From the NCBI GenBank assembly GCA_913050175.1, contig CAJXAF010000001.1:1126-65125 (forward strand): a stretch of DNA of 64,000 nucleotides, read 5' to 3'. Positions within the stretch are counted from its first letter, which is position 1; each line of letters opens with the position of its first letter. Source of the stretch: an uncultured bacterium. GTDB taxonomy: Bacteria > Omnitrophota > Gorgyraeia > Duberdicusellales > 4484-171. Both the position numbers and the translations under genes were made by a program. The notes beneath the pieces were generated by a model that saw only the letters and a program-made list of their open reading frames with translations, had not been told where the DNA came from and did not search any database. Shown here piece by piece: positions 19,128 through 29,136 of this stretch.

Positions 19128-19481
19128 ATGAAAGAAAGAAGACATTTTCCCAGACTGGATATAACTAAGATAGACGTTTCTTGGACAAAAGATGATAATA
19201 ACAGAGAAACTGACAAGGTAAAAAACATTGCCGGCGGTGGGATTCGTTTAATATTGGATAAGGGTAATGTTAAAATCGGTGACATAATTAATTTAAAATT
19301 TAGTTTACCTAGCGGAGATGAAATTACTTCAAAAGGGAAAGTTATTTGGGTTAGAGCTTTTGAGATACTCGGTAATAATACTGAAGTCATCAATGAAGCT
19401 GGAATTGAATTCATTGATATCAGCCAAAAAGATAAATTTCTCATTAATCAATACATATTTTCCTTAATGCCACCAAAATAA
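19128..19481 (+). CDS. PilZ-domain protein
   Basis: RRHFPR (RxxxR), NIAGGGI (D/NxSxGG), GKVIWV. Confidence 0.8.
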   Translation: MKERRHFPRLDITKIDVSWTKDDNNRETDKVKNIAGGGIRLILDKGNVKIGDIINLKFSLPSGDEITSKGKVIWVRAFEILGNNTEVINEAGIEFIDISQKDKFLINQYIFSLMPPK

Positions 19482-19494
19482 AAAGGAGGGCAAA

Positions 19495-19953
19495 ATGCTT
19501 GCAAAAAAATTCGCTTTAGGATTTGGTCTCGCTATTATATTACCGATGATGATCCATTACGGTGTAAGCACATTTGTGGAACAACCTAAATGGGGAGATT
19601 ATCAGATAAGGGATTATTATCAACGCCATAAAGATGCCTCTCCGGAAGAGAAAAAAGAACTTCAAGCCAAAAGAGATCGCTTGCATGACGAGAGGAAAGT
19701 GAAAGAAAAACATTTTCAAAAGTATTTGTTCTTTGCAGCCATACCTCTAGGGATAACTGCAATTATTATTGGAGCTTTCCTTCCCATACAAGCAATTGGA
19801 ACTGGACTTATGTTTGGGGGCATCTTTAGCGTCTGCGATGGGTATATAAATTATTGGTCAGAATTAAGTGATGGTTTAAGATTCATCTCCTTGGTATTTG
19901 CATTTATCGTACTCATAGTTATTGGCTACAAAAAACTTGAAAGCAAAGCCTAG
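19495..19953 (+). CDS. Hypothetical membrane protein
   Basis: RBS aaaggaggg; 3 TM helices. Confidence 0.5.
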   Translation: MLAKKFALGFGLAIILPMMIHYGVSTFVEQPKWGDYQIRDYYQRHKDASPEEKKELQAKRDRLHDERKVKEKHFQKYLFFAAIPLGITAIIIGAFLPIQAIGTGLMFGGIFSVCDGYINYWSELSDGLRFISLVFAFIVLIVIGYKKLESKA

Positions 19954-20011
19954 CAGTCTAATCTAGCTGATATTCAGGCAACCAAAACCTTTAGTGAGAG
20001 ACAAAAATCAC

Positions 20012-20039
20012 TTGCCTAAAATAGACCCTATGCTATAAT
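20012..20039 (+). promoter_or_regulatory. Putative sigma70 promoter for tRNA-Phe (TTGCCT-16-TGcTATAAT extended -10)
   Basis: ttgcct at 20012-17, tgctataat at 20031-39, ~60 nt upstream of tRNA start. Confidence 0.5.
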
Positions 20040-20101
20040 TTTTCTCTGTTGCATTGAAAATTAAGTGTTATTTTTTCTATTAACGAAATCTACCGCTAGA
20101 T

Positions 20102-20177
20102 GGCGAGGTAGCTCAGACGGTAGAGCGAGGGACTGAAAATCCCTGCGTCAGGGGTTCGATTCCCTTCCTCGCCACCA
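20102..20177 (+). tRNA. tRNA-Phe (anticodon GAA), CCA encoded
   Basis: Cloverleaf: acceptor GGCGAGG/CCTCGCC, D-arm GCTCAGACGGTAGAGC, anticodon loop CTGAAAA, T-arm GGTTCGATTCC, 3' ACCA. Confidence 0.92.
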
Positions 20178-20181
20178 TAAT

Positions 20182-20210
20182 AAAGGAAGGCTTAAACGCC
20201 TTCCTTTGCT
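20182..20210 (+). terminator. Intrinsic terminator after tRNA-Phe
   Basis: 10-bp perfect stem aaaggaaggc/gccttccttt with 6-nt loop followed by T-rich tract. Confidence 0.7.
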
Positions 20211-20282
20211 ATTTCTGCATACCCATATTAAGCTTAATCGCAGGCCTACCATTTTTTAATACCTATGATATAATGCCCTAAT

Positions 20283-21332
20283 TTGGGTAACAAGATACTT
20301 AAAATGAAAACTAATAAACCTATTATTTTAATCTTATGTGGTGGGCAATCCTTGCGTCTTTGGCCGTTTAGTCAATACAAAAGCAAGAATTTCCTTGATG
20401 TTTTTGGCTTCTCGCCTTTAGAATTAACCATAAAACGCTTTTTAAAACTGGCCCCAAAAGAAAATATCTTCTTAGTTGCCAATAAGTACGAGAAGAAACA
20501 ATTACTTAAATTAAAATCAATAAATAAAAAAAATATATTTTTTGAACCAGAGAGCAAAAATACAGCAGCAGCGGTTTTACTTTCCTTGATTAATTTAAAA
20601 AAATACAGCAGGCAAGCAGTCATTATCACCCCGGTAGATCATCTTATTACTAAGGAAAAACTTTTTCTTTCAGCTGTAAGAAAAGCTCTGCTTCAGGCAA
20701 AGAGTAATTTTATTGCTACCTTAGGTATAAAACCGGACAGGCCTGATCCCAATTTTGGGTATATCCAGGCAGGAAAGCAGGTAAGCAAGACAGGAGTTTA
20801 CTCTGTTAAGCGTTTTATTGAAAAGCCAAGCCAGAAGAGAGCAAAGAAGCTAATTAGTTCCGGGAAGTGTTTTTATAATAGCGGGATGTTTATTGGAAAA
20901 ATAGAGACCATTTTAGCTGAATATGAGAAGTATTACAGTGACTATAAGCACTTTGCTAAGTCTATTAAAGCAAAGAAAGTTGTGGCTTTGTATAAAAGAA
21001 TAAAAAATACTCCTTTTGATAAGGCTATAATGGAGAAAACCAAAAAAGTAATAGTGATTAGGGGCGATTTTTCCTGGAAGGATTTTGGCACTTGGTTATC
21101 AATATATGAGGTTTTGGCTAAAGATAAAAAAGCAAATGCTTCTCGCGGTAAGGCTTTATTGCTGGATAGCAGCAATAACTTAATCTATCTCGATAATTTA
21201 AAGAAGAAAGTAATAGCTTTAGGGCTTAAAGATATTTTTTTAATTGATACCAAAGACTACACCCTCCTTACAACTCGCTCTCATATAGATAGCTTAAAGC
21301 TTGTATTGAAAAAATATGTTAATTTTTTATAA
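20283..21332 (+). CDS. Sugar-1-phosphate nucleotidyltransferase (mannose-1-phosphate guanylyltransferase-like, N-terminal domain only)
   Basis: ILCGGQSLRLWPFSQYKSKNFL matches the GxGxRLxP sugar-nucleotidyltransferase P-loop of ManC/GMP enzymes; start could alternatively be Met at 20304. Confidence 0.7.
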   Translation: MGNKILKMKTNKPIILILCGGQSLRLWPFSQYKSKNFLDVFGFSPLELTIKRFLKLAPKENIFLVANKYEKKQLLKLKSINKKNIFFEPESKNTAAAVLLSLINLKKYSRQAVIITPVDHLITKEKLFLSAVRKALLQAKSNFIATLGIKPDRPDPNFGYIQAGKQVSKTGVYSVKRFIEKPSQKRAKKLISSGKCFYNSGMFIGKIETILAEYEKYYSDYKHFAKSIKAKKVVALYKRIKNTPFDKAIMEKTKKVIVIRGDFSWKDFGTWLSIYEVLAKDKKANASRGKALLLDSSNNLIYLDNLKKKVIALGLKDIFLIDTKDYTLLTTRSHIDSLKLVLKKYVNFL

Positions 21333-21358
21333 CTTTCTCTCATTAATCCTTTAAAGTT

Positions 21359-22288
21359 ATGAAGTACTTTTATGGTCCAGTCCCTTCAAGGAGATTAGGT
21401 TTTTCTTTAGGCGTAGATTTTTTTGCCGATAAGTCATGTACCTTTGACTGTCTTTACTGTCAATTGGGAAAAAGCACCAAGCATATAAGTAAGCGGATAA
21501 ATAATTTTGATTTAAAAGCCTTTAAATCCCAGCTGAAAGAAATTTTTAAATCTAAACCAAGAATAGACTATATAACAATTTCCGGTTCCGGCGAGCCGAC
21601 CTTGCAGATAGGTCTAGATAAGATAATTAAAATTATTAAAAAAGAAACTTCTCATAAATATTCTGTTTGTGTAATAACTAATTCTTCACTTATCCATCGA
21701 AAAAGTATAAGGAGAGAGCTTTTGGCTGCCGATATAATAATACCTTCGCTTGATGCAGCTTATGATAAGTCTTTTAAAAAAATTAATCGTCCCGGAAAAG
21801 GAACTAGCTTAACAAAAATTATCAGTGGCTTAATTGCTTTACGTAAAGAGTTTAGGGGAGCAATTTGGCTGGAGATAATGCTAGCTAAAGGTATTAATGA
21901 TTCACTTAAAGAAGCCAAGAGGTTTAAAGAACTTATTAAAAAAATCAAGCCTGATAAGGTACAGTTAAATCTTCCTGTAAGGCCTTCAGATTATAAAGTT
22001 TCTTTACCGGATAAAGAAAAAATAAAGAAAATAAAAGCTATATTAAGTGAGGCAGCAGAGGTTGTATCAGATTTTCGCTCCAAACGCAGAGCCCCTAAAA
22101 TTGATAAAGACTTAACTGAAGCGTTAATGAGCTATTTAAAGGTTAGGCCAGCCAGTATAGAGGACTTAATAAGCTCTTTAGGAAAAACCAGAAAAGATAC
22201 CCTAAAGCAATTAAATACTCTGATTGCTAAAAAAGTAGTTCGCTTAAGTATTCATAAGAATAAAAAATACTACCGTTTAAATGATTAA
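21359..22288 (+). CDS. Radical SAM protein (COG0731-like)
   Basis: GPVPSRRLGFSLGVDF…CTFDCLYCQ CxxxCxxC cluster-binding motif. Confidence 0.75.
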   Translation: MKYFYGPVPSRRLGFSLGVDFFADKSCTFDCLYCQLGKSTKHISKRINNFDLKAFKSQLKEIFKSKPRIDYITISGSGEPTLQIGLDKIIKIIKKETSHKYSVCVITNSSLIHRKSIRRELLAADIIIPSLDAAYDKSFKKINRPGKGTSLTKIISGLIALRKEFRGAIWLEIMLAKGINDSLKEAKRFKELIKKIKPDKVQLNLPVRPSDYKVSLPDKEKIKKIKAILSEAAEVVSDFRSKRRAPKIDKDLTEALMSYLKVRPASIEDLISSLGKTRKDTLKQLNTLIAKKVVRLSIHKNKKYYRLND

Positions 22289-22931
22289 AGAAAATACTTT
22301 AAAAATAATAAATAGTTTACCGGAAAATGTTGAATTGGTGGTTGCTACAAAAACCCGCAGTTTGCCGGAAATTAAAGAAGCGCTTTCTGCCGGAGCCAGG
22401 ATAATAGGTGAAAATTATGTCCAGGAAGCTCAAACTAAACATGCACTTATTGGCAGCGGAGCCCAGTGGCATTTAATCGGTCATCTTCAAAAAAATAAAG
22501 CCAAATCTGCTGTGAAAATATTTGATATGATTCAAACTCTTGATTCCTTAGCTCTGGCTGAGGCAATAGATAAAGAGTGCAAAAAAATTGATAAGATTAT
22601 GCCGGTCTTAATTGAGATTAATTCCGCAGCTGAACCACAAAAAAATGGTATACTACCCGGAGATTGTGATGAGTTTTTAGAGAAACTTTTTTCTTTAACA
22701 AGTATTAAACTAATGGGTTTAATGACCATGGGGCCATTTTTTTCTGATCCGGAAAAATTAAGACCTTATTTTAAAATAACCAAAGAGTTATTCGAAGGTC
22801 TCAAAGAGAGGTACTCATCTCTTTCAGATTTCAAATATCTCTCAATGGGTATGAGTTCTTCCTATAAAGTTGCCATCGAAGAGGGCTCTAATATGGTAAG
22901 AGTCGGAACAAATATTTTTGGCGAAAGATAA
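22281..22931 (+). CDS. yggS: YggS-family pyridoxal-phosphate homeostasis protein
   Basis: VELVVATKTRSLPEIKEALSAGARIIGENYVQEA…WHLIGHLQKNKAK is the conserved YggS/PLPBP signature incl. PLP-Lys. Confidence 0.85.
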   Translation: MIKENTLKIINSLPENVELVVATKTRSLPEIKEALSAGARIIGENYVQEAQTKHALIGSGAQWHLIGHLQKNKAKSAVKIFDMIQTLDSLALAEAIDKECKKIDKIMPVLIEINSAAEPQKNGILPGDCDEFLEKLFSLTSIKLMGLMTMGPFFSDPEKLRPYFKITKELFEGLKERYSSLSDFKYLSMGMSSSYKVAIEEGSNMVRVGTNIFGER

Positions 22932-23640
22932 GATGAAAGTAAAGATACTTTTTGATAAGCGGGCAGCCGACGATAAGTACTATAGCGGCTGGGGACAGTC
23001 ATACCTTATTGACGGAAAAGTTCTTTTTGATTTAGGTGAGAGCCAAGAGCATGTTATAAAAAATATTCAGGAATTGGGAGTAGATTTATCAGCAATTGAA
23101 AAAATAGTGATTTCACACAAGCACTGGAATCATCGAGCCGGCCTTGGCCAGGTGCTGGAGAATAATAAGAATGCAGAACTTTATGTTTGTTCTGATTTAT
23201 ACCAGGAGATTAAAGATAAGGGTTCCTCACATAAAGTAAGTGTAGTTAAAGACTCTCAGGAAATATGTAAAAATATATATACTAGCGGATGTTTTGAGGT
23301 ATTATATAAGGGTAAGTCTTTACTGGAACAAGCTCTTTTTATACGAACCGAAAAAGGTATTTCTATTGTTTGCGGCTGCGCTCATCCCGGGATTTTAGAG
23401 TATTTAAAAAAAGCCAGGGAGATGTTTCCGCAAGAAAAAATATACTTAATTTTTGGCGGTTTTCATCTTATTGATAAAGATAAAAGATATATAGATTATA
23501 TAGCCGAAGAGCTGAAAAGTTTAGGCGTTGTTAATATTGGCCCCTCTCATTGTACTGGGTTTAAAGCAAGCAGCTTGTTAAAAGGCTATTTTCCAAAAAA
23601 CTTTATTAAAATTGAGTCAGGATTAGAAATAGATATATAA
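22918..23640 (+). CDS. MBL-fold metallo-hydrolase
   Basis: ISHKHWNHRAGLG (HxHxDH-type motif variant) and downstream His/Asp ligands (CGCAHPG, GGFHL). Confidence 0.65.
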   Translation: MAKDKMKVKILFDKRAADDKYYSGWGQSYLIDGKVLFDLGESQEHVIKNIQELGVDLSAIEKIVISHKHWNHRAGLGQVLENNKNAELYVCSDLYQEIKDKGSSHKVSVVKDSQEICKNIYTSGCFEVLYKGKSLLEQALFIRTEKGISIVCGCAHPGILEYLKKAREMFPQEKIYLIFGGFHLIDKDKRYIDYIAEELKSLGVVNIGPSHCTGFKASSLLKGYFPKNFIKIESGLEIDI

Positions 23641-23664
23641 TTTAAAAAACTTAGGAGGGTAGGT

Positions 23665-24009
23665 ATGAAAAAATATAGTTTTTTTATAATTTTTTTATTT
23701 TCAATGTTTTTTTTATCAGCTTGCGTACAAATGCGTGATTATGTAGGTGAAAGAGAAGGTGCTTACGGTTTGATGAGAAAAAAGACTTTCGGTGAGGGCG
23801 AGGAAGTTAAGAAGGATTATTATGTAATTAATGACGGTGATGGGTTAGTCATCGGTGATACCAAGAATGAAGTAATTAAAAAGATCGGTCTTCCTGATGA
23901 AGTTAAGACTACTTTAGAAGGCTATGAGACTTGGGTTTATCCTCAAAGAGGCGATATTTTTTATTTTAGCGGAGATAGGCTTAATAGGTGGGATGAGCTT
24001 ACCGAATAA
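23665..24009 (+). CDS. Hypothetical lipoprotein
   Basis: FFLSACVQ lipobox; RBS ggagggtagg. Confidence 0.5.
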   Translation: MKKYSFFIIFLFSMFFLSACVQMRDYVGEREGAYGLMRKKTFGEGEEVKKDYYVINDGDGLVIGDTKNEVIKKIGLPDEVKTTLEGYETWVYPQRGDIFYFSGDRLNRWDELTE

Positions 24010-24177
24010 AATAGCCTGTTTTTTAAGCGGAGTTAGAAAAGCTTCGATTTAATCGCACCAAAAATTCTTTATCCTTTCGTTAAAAAACCTTTATACCAAT
24101 AAAAAAACTTTCTACCGGAAAGCGAAAGGAATCCAGGCAAAAATATCCCAACCGGTATTTGGTAAAAATTTCTAAAT

Positions 24178-25164
24178 ATGATCGAAGATATTTTTAAAAA
24201 TACAATTGCTCAGAACTCTCTTCTTAAAAAGAAAGATAAAATTATCCTGGGAGTCTCGGGAGGCCCTGATTCTGTATTTATGCTCTATCAATTTTTTTAT
24301 TTGAAAAAAGAGTATAAACTTCAATTAGCTTGTGCACACTTTAATCATAGTTTGCGTAAAGAAGCCGACCAGGAAGAAATTTTTATCAATGAGCTTTGTC
24401 ATAAGTTAGAAATACCATATATTTGTGAGAAAAAAGACGTGAAGTCTTTTTTTAATGGTGATTCCTTAGAGCAGACCGCAAGAATTTTGCGCTATGATTT
24501 TTTCCTAAAAACCGCACGGCAATTAAAGTTTAAGAAGTTAGCTCTGGGGCACCACAAGGATGATTTAGTCGAAACAATCTTAATGCGCCTTATCCGGGGT
24601 ACAGGCCTAAAAGGTCTGCGTGGTTTTCTGCCTAAAACACGTTATAAAGCTCTTACTGTAATTAGACCATTAATTGAAACAACCAAAAAGGATATTGAGT
24701 CCTGGTTAAAGAAGCAGAAAATAGACTACTGCATTGATAAGAGTAATTTTGAGGAAAAATTCTTTAGGAACCGTATCCGCTTAAAGCTCCTGCCGCTGCT
24801 TAAAGAGTATAATCCTAATATAGTTGATACCCTTTGTAACTTAGCTAAGACTATAGCTTATGATTACGAGTTAATCCAGACTGTTAGTTTAGAACACTAT
24901 AATTTGCTTAAAAAGCGTGAAACAAAGCGTGAGATTTTCCTGGATTTAGCCGGGCTTAATCAAGCTACCCCAGCCTTATTTAATAATGTCTTAAGAATTA
25001 CTATTGAACAGCTGCAAGGGCATACAAGAAGATTGGAGGCCAGACATTTAGACGAAGTAAGGGATTTAGCCTTAAATAGGCCGGGGGAGAGCGTAGTCGA
25101 TTTACCTAACCTAAAAGTTAAAAAAAGCCAGAATTTCCTTATTATTCAAGCCTTGCTTTTATAA
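24178..25164 (+). CDS. tilS: tRNA(Ile)-lysidine synthetase
   Basis: ILGVSGGPDSVFMLY PP-loop (SGGxDS) and short-form TilS length; precedes ftsH as in many genomes. Confidence 0.88.
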   Translation: MIEDIFKNTIAQNSLLKKKDKIILGVSGGPDSVFMLYQFFYLKKEYKLQLACAHFNHSLRKEADQEEIFINELCHKLEIPYICEKKDVKSFFNGDSLEQTARILRYDFFLKTARQLKFKKLALGHHKDDLVETILMRLIRGTGLKGLRGFLPKTRYKALTVIRPLIETTKKDIESWLKKQKIDYCIDKSNFEEKFFRNRIRLKLLPLLKEYNPNIVDTLCNLAKTIAYDYELIQTVSLEHYNLLKKRETKREIFLDLAGLNQATPALFNNVLRITIEQLQGHTRRLEARHLDEVRDLALNRPGESVVDLPNLKVKKSQNFLIIQALLL

Positions 25165-25188
25165 GTCAATACAGTATAATAACTACCT

Positions 25189-27048
25189 ATGAGCCCCAAA
25201 CCTAAGAAGTCAAAATCAGATTCCCTTAGAGCTTTAATCATTGTAATTGTTGTCTTTTTTAGCCTTATGCTCCTATCCAGCGCTCTGGATCCGGAGACTG
25301 GTGTTTTAACAAAAAAGATAACTTATACTGATTTTTACTATGCTTTAGAGAGAAATCTTGAAAATCCTACCATAGAGTCTGTTAAGCTGGAGGGAGAGTT
25401 ACTTAAGGGTAAATTTAAGAAATCATCCGGCACAAAAGGTTTTCATCTCTATAAGCCTGACGATGACGAGGATTTGATCAGACTCTTGCGAAAGAATGTT
25501 GATCAATTCGAAGTTATTCCGCCTCCGATTTGGGGTAGCCTCTTATATCCTATATTTTCCTTGTCGTTTTTAGTATTTTTATTCTGGTATATTACTCATA
25601 GGGGAAATCAAATTGGCTCTAAAGTTTGGAGTTTTGGTAAATCAAGAGCTGCTGTCTTAGATAAGGAGAAAAAAACAAAGATAACTTTTAAGAATGTAGC
25701 GGGAATTGATGAAGCTAAAGAAGAGCTTCAAGAAGTGATTGAATTTTTAATAGATCCGAGAAAATTTCAACGCCTGGGGGGAAGATTTCCCAAAGGAGTT
25801 ATCTTGGTTGGCCCACCCGGCTGCGGTAAAACTCTTCTTGCTAAAGCTGTTGCCGGTGAAGCCGATGCTCCTTTTTTTAGCATAAGCGGATCTGATTTCG
25901 TTGAGATGTTCGTTGGTGTTGGCGCATCTAGAGTAAGAGACCTTTTTGCTCAAGCTAAAAAGGCAGTCAACCTGGAAAAGAAAGGGTGTATTATTTTTAT
26001 TGATGAGATTGATGCTGTTGGCCGGCAACGGTTTTCCGGTTTAGGCGGTGGTCATGATGAGAGAGAGCAGACATTAAATCAGTTGCTTACTGAAATGGAT
26101 GGTTTCCAAACCGAAGTAGGAATTATTGTTATCGCTGCTACTAACAGGCCGGATGTGCTTGATTCGGCACTTCTTCGTCCGGGAAGGTTTGACCGCCATA
26201 TTGTTATCTACGCTCCTGATATCCGAGGCCGGGAGGAAATTTTAAAAGTTCATACTAAAAAAGTAAAATTATCACCAAAAGTTGACTTGCATTCGATTGC
26301 TAAAAAGACACCCGGGTTTTCAGGTGCAGATTTAGAGAATCTTTGTAACGAAGGTGCTCTTCTAGCTGCCCGCAGAGACAAAGATGATGTTGGCCAAACT
26401 GAATTGGAGGAGTCAATAGAGCGGGTTATAATGGGTCCGGAAAAAAGAAGCCGGGTAATCTCAAAGCATGAGAAGAAGCTAACTGTTTATCATGAAGCCG
26501 GGCACGCTATACTCTCTTTATTAATACCGGAAGTTGATCCCATGACAAAAGTATCAATTATACCTAGAGGCATGGCCGGTGGTTATACTTTTATGCCGCC
26601 CCGTGAAGATAGACGCTATAAATCAAAAAAGGACCTTTTAGGAGAAATTACCGTTGCTTTAGGCGGAAGAGCATCAGAGGAGATTAACTTAAGCGACGTT
26701 ACTACCGGAGCAATGAATGATCTGGCTGAAGTAACCCGCATAGCCAGAAAAATGGTTTGTGAATATGGCATGAGTGATCGGCTTGGGCCTTATGCTTTAG
26801 GTAAGAGCCAGGGACCGATTTTTCTCGGACGGGATTTGGCCCGGGAGAAAGATTATAGTGAGGAAACTGCTAATATTGTTGATGAAGAAGTTAAAAGAAT
26901 AGTAGATCAATGCTATGCCAGAGCCAAAAAAGTAATTGAAGAAAATAAAGATAAATTAGAATTATTAGCTGATGCTTTATTTGAAAAAGAAGTCATGAAT
27001 GGCGATGAAGTTAAGGCTTTAATCGGCGTAAAAGACACTCCCCAGTAG
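25189..27048 (+). CDS. ftsH: ATP-dependent zinc metalloprotease FtsH
   Basis: Two N-terminal TM helices, Walker [12 protein letters not shown] region, HEAGHAI zinc motif. Confidence 0.97.
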   Translation: MSPKPKKSKSDSLRALIIVIVVFFSLMLLSSALDPETGVLTKKITYTDFYYALERNLENPTIESVKLEGELLKGKFKKSSGTKGFHLYKPDDDEDLIRLLRKNVDQFEVIPPPIWGSLLYPIFSLSFLVFLFWYITHRGNQIGSKVWSFGKSRAAVLDKEKKTKITFKNVAGIDEAKEELQEVIEFLIDPRKFQRLGGRFPKGVILVGPPGCGKTLLAKAVAGEADAPFFSISGSDFVEMFVGVGASRVRDLFAQAKKAVNLEKKGCIIFIDEIDAVGRQRFSGLGGGHDEREQTLNQLLTEMDGFQTEVGIIVIAATNRPDVLDSALLRPGRFDRHIVIYAPDIRGREEILKVHTKKVKLSPKVDLHSIAKKTPGFSGADLENLCNEGALLAARRDKDDVGQTELEESIERVIMGPEKRSRVISKHEKKLTVYHEAGHAILSLLIPEVDPMTKVSIIPRGMAGGYTFMPPREDRRYKSKKDLLGEITVALGGRASEEINLSDVTTGAMNDLAEVTRIARKMVCEYGMSDRLGPYALGKSQGPIFLGRDLAREKDYSEETANIVDEEVKRIVDQCYARAKKVIEENKDKLELLADALFEKEVMNGDEVKALIGVKDTPQ

Positions 27049-27123
27049 TACTTATCTTAGAGCACTTAAGTGCTGTCTTTAATCAAATAAAGCATTTTAA
27101 AATAATTATAAAATCGGGTCGAA

Positions 27124-28359
27124 TTGAGTAATAGTAAAGAGATTAAAATTACGCCTTTTGAATTAACCACTGAGGCAGGAGCTATCAAATTAATGACCTC
27201 CTTAGGCGTGACCAGTCAGGGGATTAAGATTTTAGCTGCTAAGAGCATCTTCTGCGCTTTTTTAATTAAAGGCATAAAATCCTGGGAAGCAAACATCATC
27301 AAGCAGCACCTCTTATCTTTAGGCTCTGATGCTGCAATTGAGCGTGATGCTTTGGTAAAGGATATAAATACAGACATTCTTATTTTTGGTAGCCGAAGCC
27401 AATTGAAACGCTTAAGTAATAAGCTAAAAGGACAGCCCTTTAGCTTAAAAGAAGTATCGAGGTTAATATCCTTATATTTAGAAAATTTGGAAAAAAAAGA
27501 ATTTGTTTTTCTGGCAAGAAAAAAAACCTTAAAAATAAGAAAGCCAATTGTTTGCGGAATAATTAATCTAACTAAAGATTCTTTTTCCGGCGATGGTTTA
27601 TTAGCTAAAGCAACAAGTTCAAGTGAGAAGATAAAGTTTCTGGCTTTAAAGAAAGCCGAACAAATGATAAAAGAAGGTGCTAAGATTCTTGATATTGGGG
27701 CTGAATCTTCGCGACCCTTTGCCAAGCAGCTTAGAGTTAAAGAAGAACTCGCTCAATTGATACCGGTAATTAAAGCAATACGTAAGGAATTTAAGAAAAT
27801 TCCCCTTTCAGTGGATACCTATAAATATCCGGTTGCTTATGAGGCAAGCTGTCTTGGCATTGATATTATAAATGATATAACAGCTTTAAGGCATAACCCT
27901 AAAATAGCCGATATCATAAAAAAGAACTCTTTAGGCTGTATTCTTATGCATATGAAAGGCAGCCCTTTGACTATGCAGCTTAATCCTTACCATAAAGACG
28001 TTGTTTGGGAGATAATTTCTTTTTTTAAAGACAGAATTAACTTTTTGAATAAAAAGGGCATTTCCCAAAACCAAATATGTCTTGATCCGGGAATAGGCTT
28101 TGGTAAAAGGTTAGAAGACAACACAAGGATAATTAACGAGCTTTATAAATTAAAAATTTTCGGTCTACCAATTTTCCTAGGTTTATCACGAAAATCATTT
28201 ATTGGGAAAATTCTTAAAAACAATATAGATCAGCGTCTGGCGGGAACTATAGCAGCCAATGTAGTCTCCATTAATAAGGGAGCAAATATTTTAAGAGTTC
28301 ATGATGTAAAAGAAACAGTCGAAGCTATTAAAATAGCTTCTAGTATTAATTTAAATTGA
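27124..28359 (+). CDS. folP: Dihydropteroate synthase with ~135-aa N-terminal extension
   Basis: Pterin-binding domain starts IVCGIINLTKDSFSGDG…; preceding 135 aa have no recognisable motif. Confidence 0.85.
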   Translation: MSNSKEIKITPFELTTEAGAIKLMTSLGVTSQGIKILAAKSIFCAFLIKGIKSWEANIIKQHLLSLGSDAAIERDALVKDINTDILIFGSRSQLKRLSNKLKGQPFSLKEVSRLISLYLENLEKKEFVFLARKKTLKIRKPIVCGIINLTKDSFSGDGLLAKATSSSEKIKFLALKKAEQMIKEGAKILDIGAESSRPFAKQLRVKEELAQLIPVIKAIRKEFKKIPLSVDTYKYPVAYEASCLGIDIINDITALRHNPKIADIIKKNSLGCILMHMKGSPLTMQLNPYHKDVVWEIISFFKDRINFLNKKGISQNQICLDPGIGFGKRLEDNTRIINELYKLKIFGLPIFLGLSRKSFIGKILKNNIDQRLAGTIAANVVSINKGANILRVHDVKETVEAIKIASSINLN

Positions 28360-29120
28360 TGGATTTTCTTGCTCGACCCATAAATTGGAAAGATATAGTT
28401 GAAGTAATAATTCTCTGGATTGTTATCTACCGTATTTTTCTTTTTTTAAAAGGAACAAAAGCTATCTATTTACTCCGGGGCATTGTTTTTCTAGTTGTAG
28501 CTTTGTTAGGTTTTCAACTATTTGATTTTCCGGTTTTAACCAGGTTACTCACATACTTTTTTGCTTTTTTTATTATTTTGGTTACAATAATTTTTCAACC
28601 CGAACTTAGAGACGGTCTTATCCATTTAGGTAAACGTCATATATTTTATATTGAGCCAAAAAAAGAGGAAATTGAGAAAACCTTGCGGGAAATAGTCTCA
28701 GTAGCAGGAGTCCTTTCCCGAAAAAAAATCGGTGCCCTTATCGCCATTCAAAGAGAGATACCGCTTAAAAGATATATTGAGAGCGGCGTAATATTAAATG
28801 CTGATATTAGCGCAGAATTGCTTCAGAGTATATTTTATCCCGGAGCCACCCTGCATGATGGAGGAGTTGTAGTAACCGGTAGAAGCATTATCGCCACTTC
28901 TTGTCTTTTCCCTTTAAGTGAGAATCCTGCTCTGGAAAGAGCTTTAGGTATGCGTCACCGGGCAGCTGTTGGTTTATCTGAACATTCGGATGCCTTGGTA
29001 ATAATTGTATCTGAGGAAAATGGTTCAGTTTCTTTAGCTATTAACGGACAATTGACTCGTAACTTAGCACCCAATGACTTACTTACAATACTAAAAGGGC
29101 AGTTGTCTAAACCACGTTAA
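28356..29120 (+). CDS. cdaA: Diadenylate cyclase CdaA (membrane-anchored DAC domain, c-di-AMP synthase)
   Basis: Three N-terminal TM helices then DAC motifs GALIAIQRE…HDGGVVV…RHRAAVGLSE. Confidence 0.88.
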   Translation: MMDFLARPINWKDIVEVIILWIVIYRIFLFLKGTKAIYLLRGIVFLVVALLGFQLFDFPVLTRLLTYFFAFFIILVTIIFQPELRDGLIHLGKRHIFYIEPKKEEIEKTLREIVSVAGVLSRKKIGALIAIQREIPLKRYIESGVILNADISAELLQSIFYPGATLHDGGVVVTGRSIIATSCLFPLSENPALERALGMRHRAAVGLSEHSDALVIIVSEENGSVSLAINGQLTRNLAPNDLLTILKGQLSKPR

Positions 29121-29136
29121 AAATTAAGAGTAGACA

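Noticed and set aside
19954-20300. Possible genomic-island boundary or integrase at tRNA-Phe and at tRNA-Pro
   Set aside because: No integrase, transposase, direct repeat of the tRNA 3' end or compositional break is evident; the island interpretation is kept only as a weak hypothesis in the findings.
27061-27075. Short palindrome agcacttaagtgct after ftsH as a terminator
   Set aside because: Only a 5-bp stem with a poor T-tract; too weak to call, and folP likely continues the operon.
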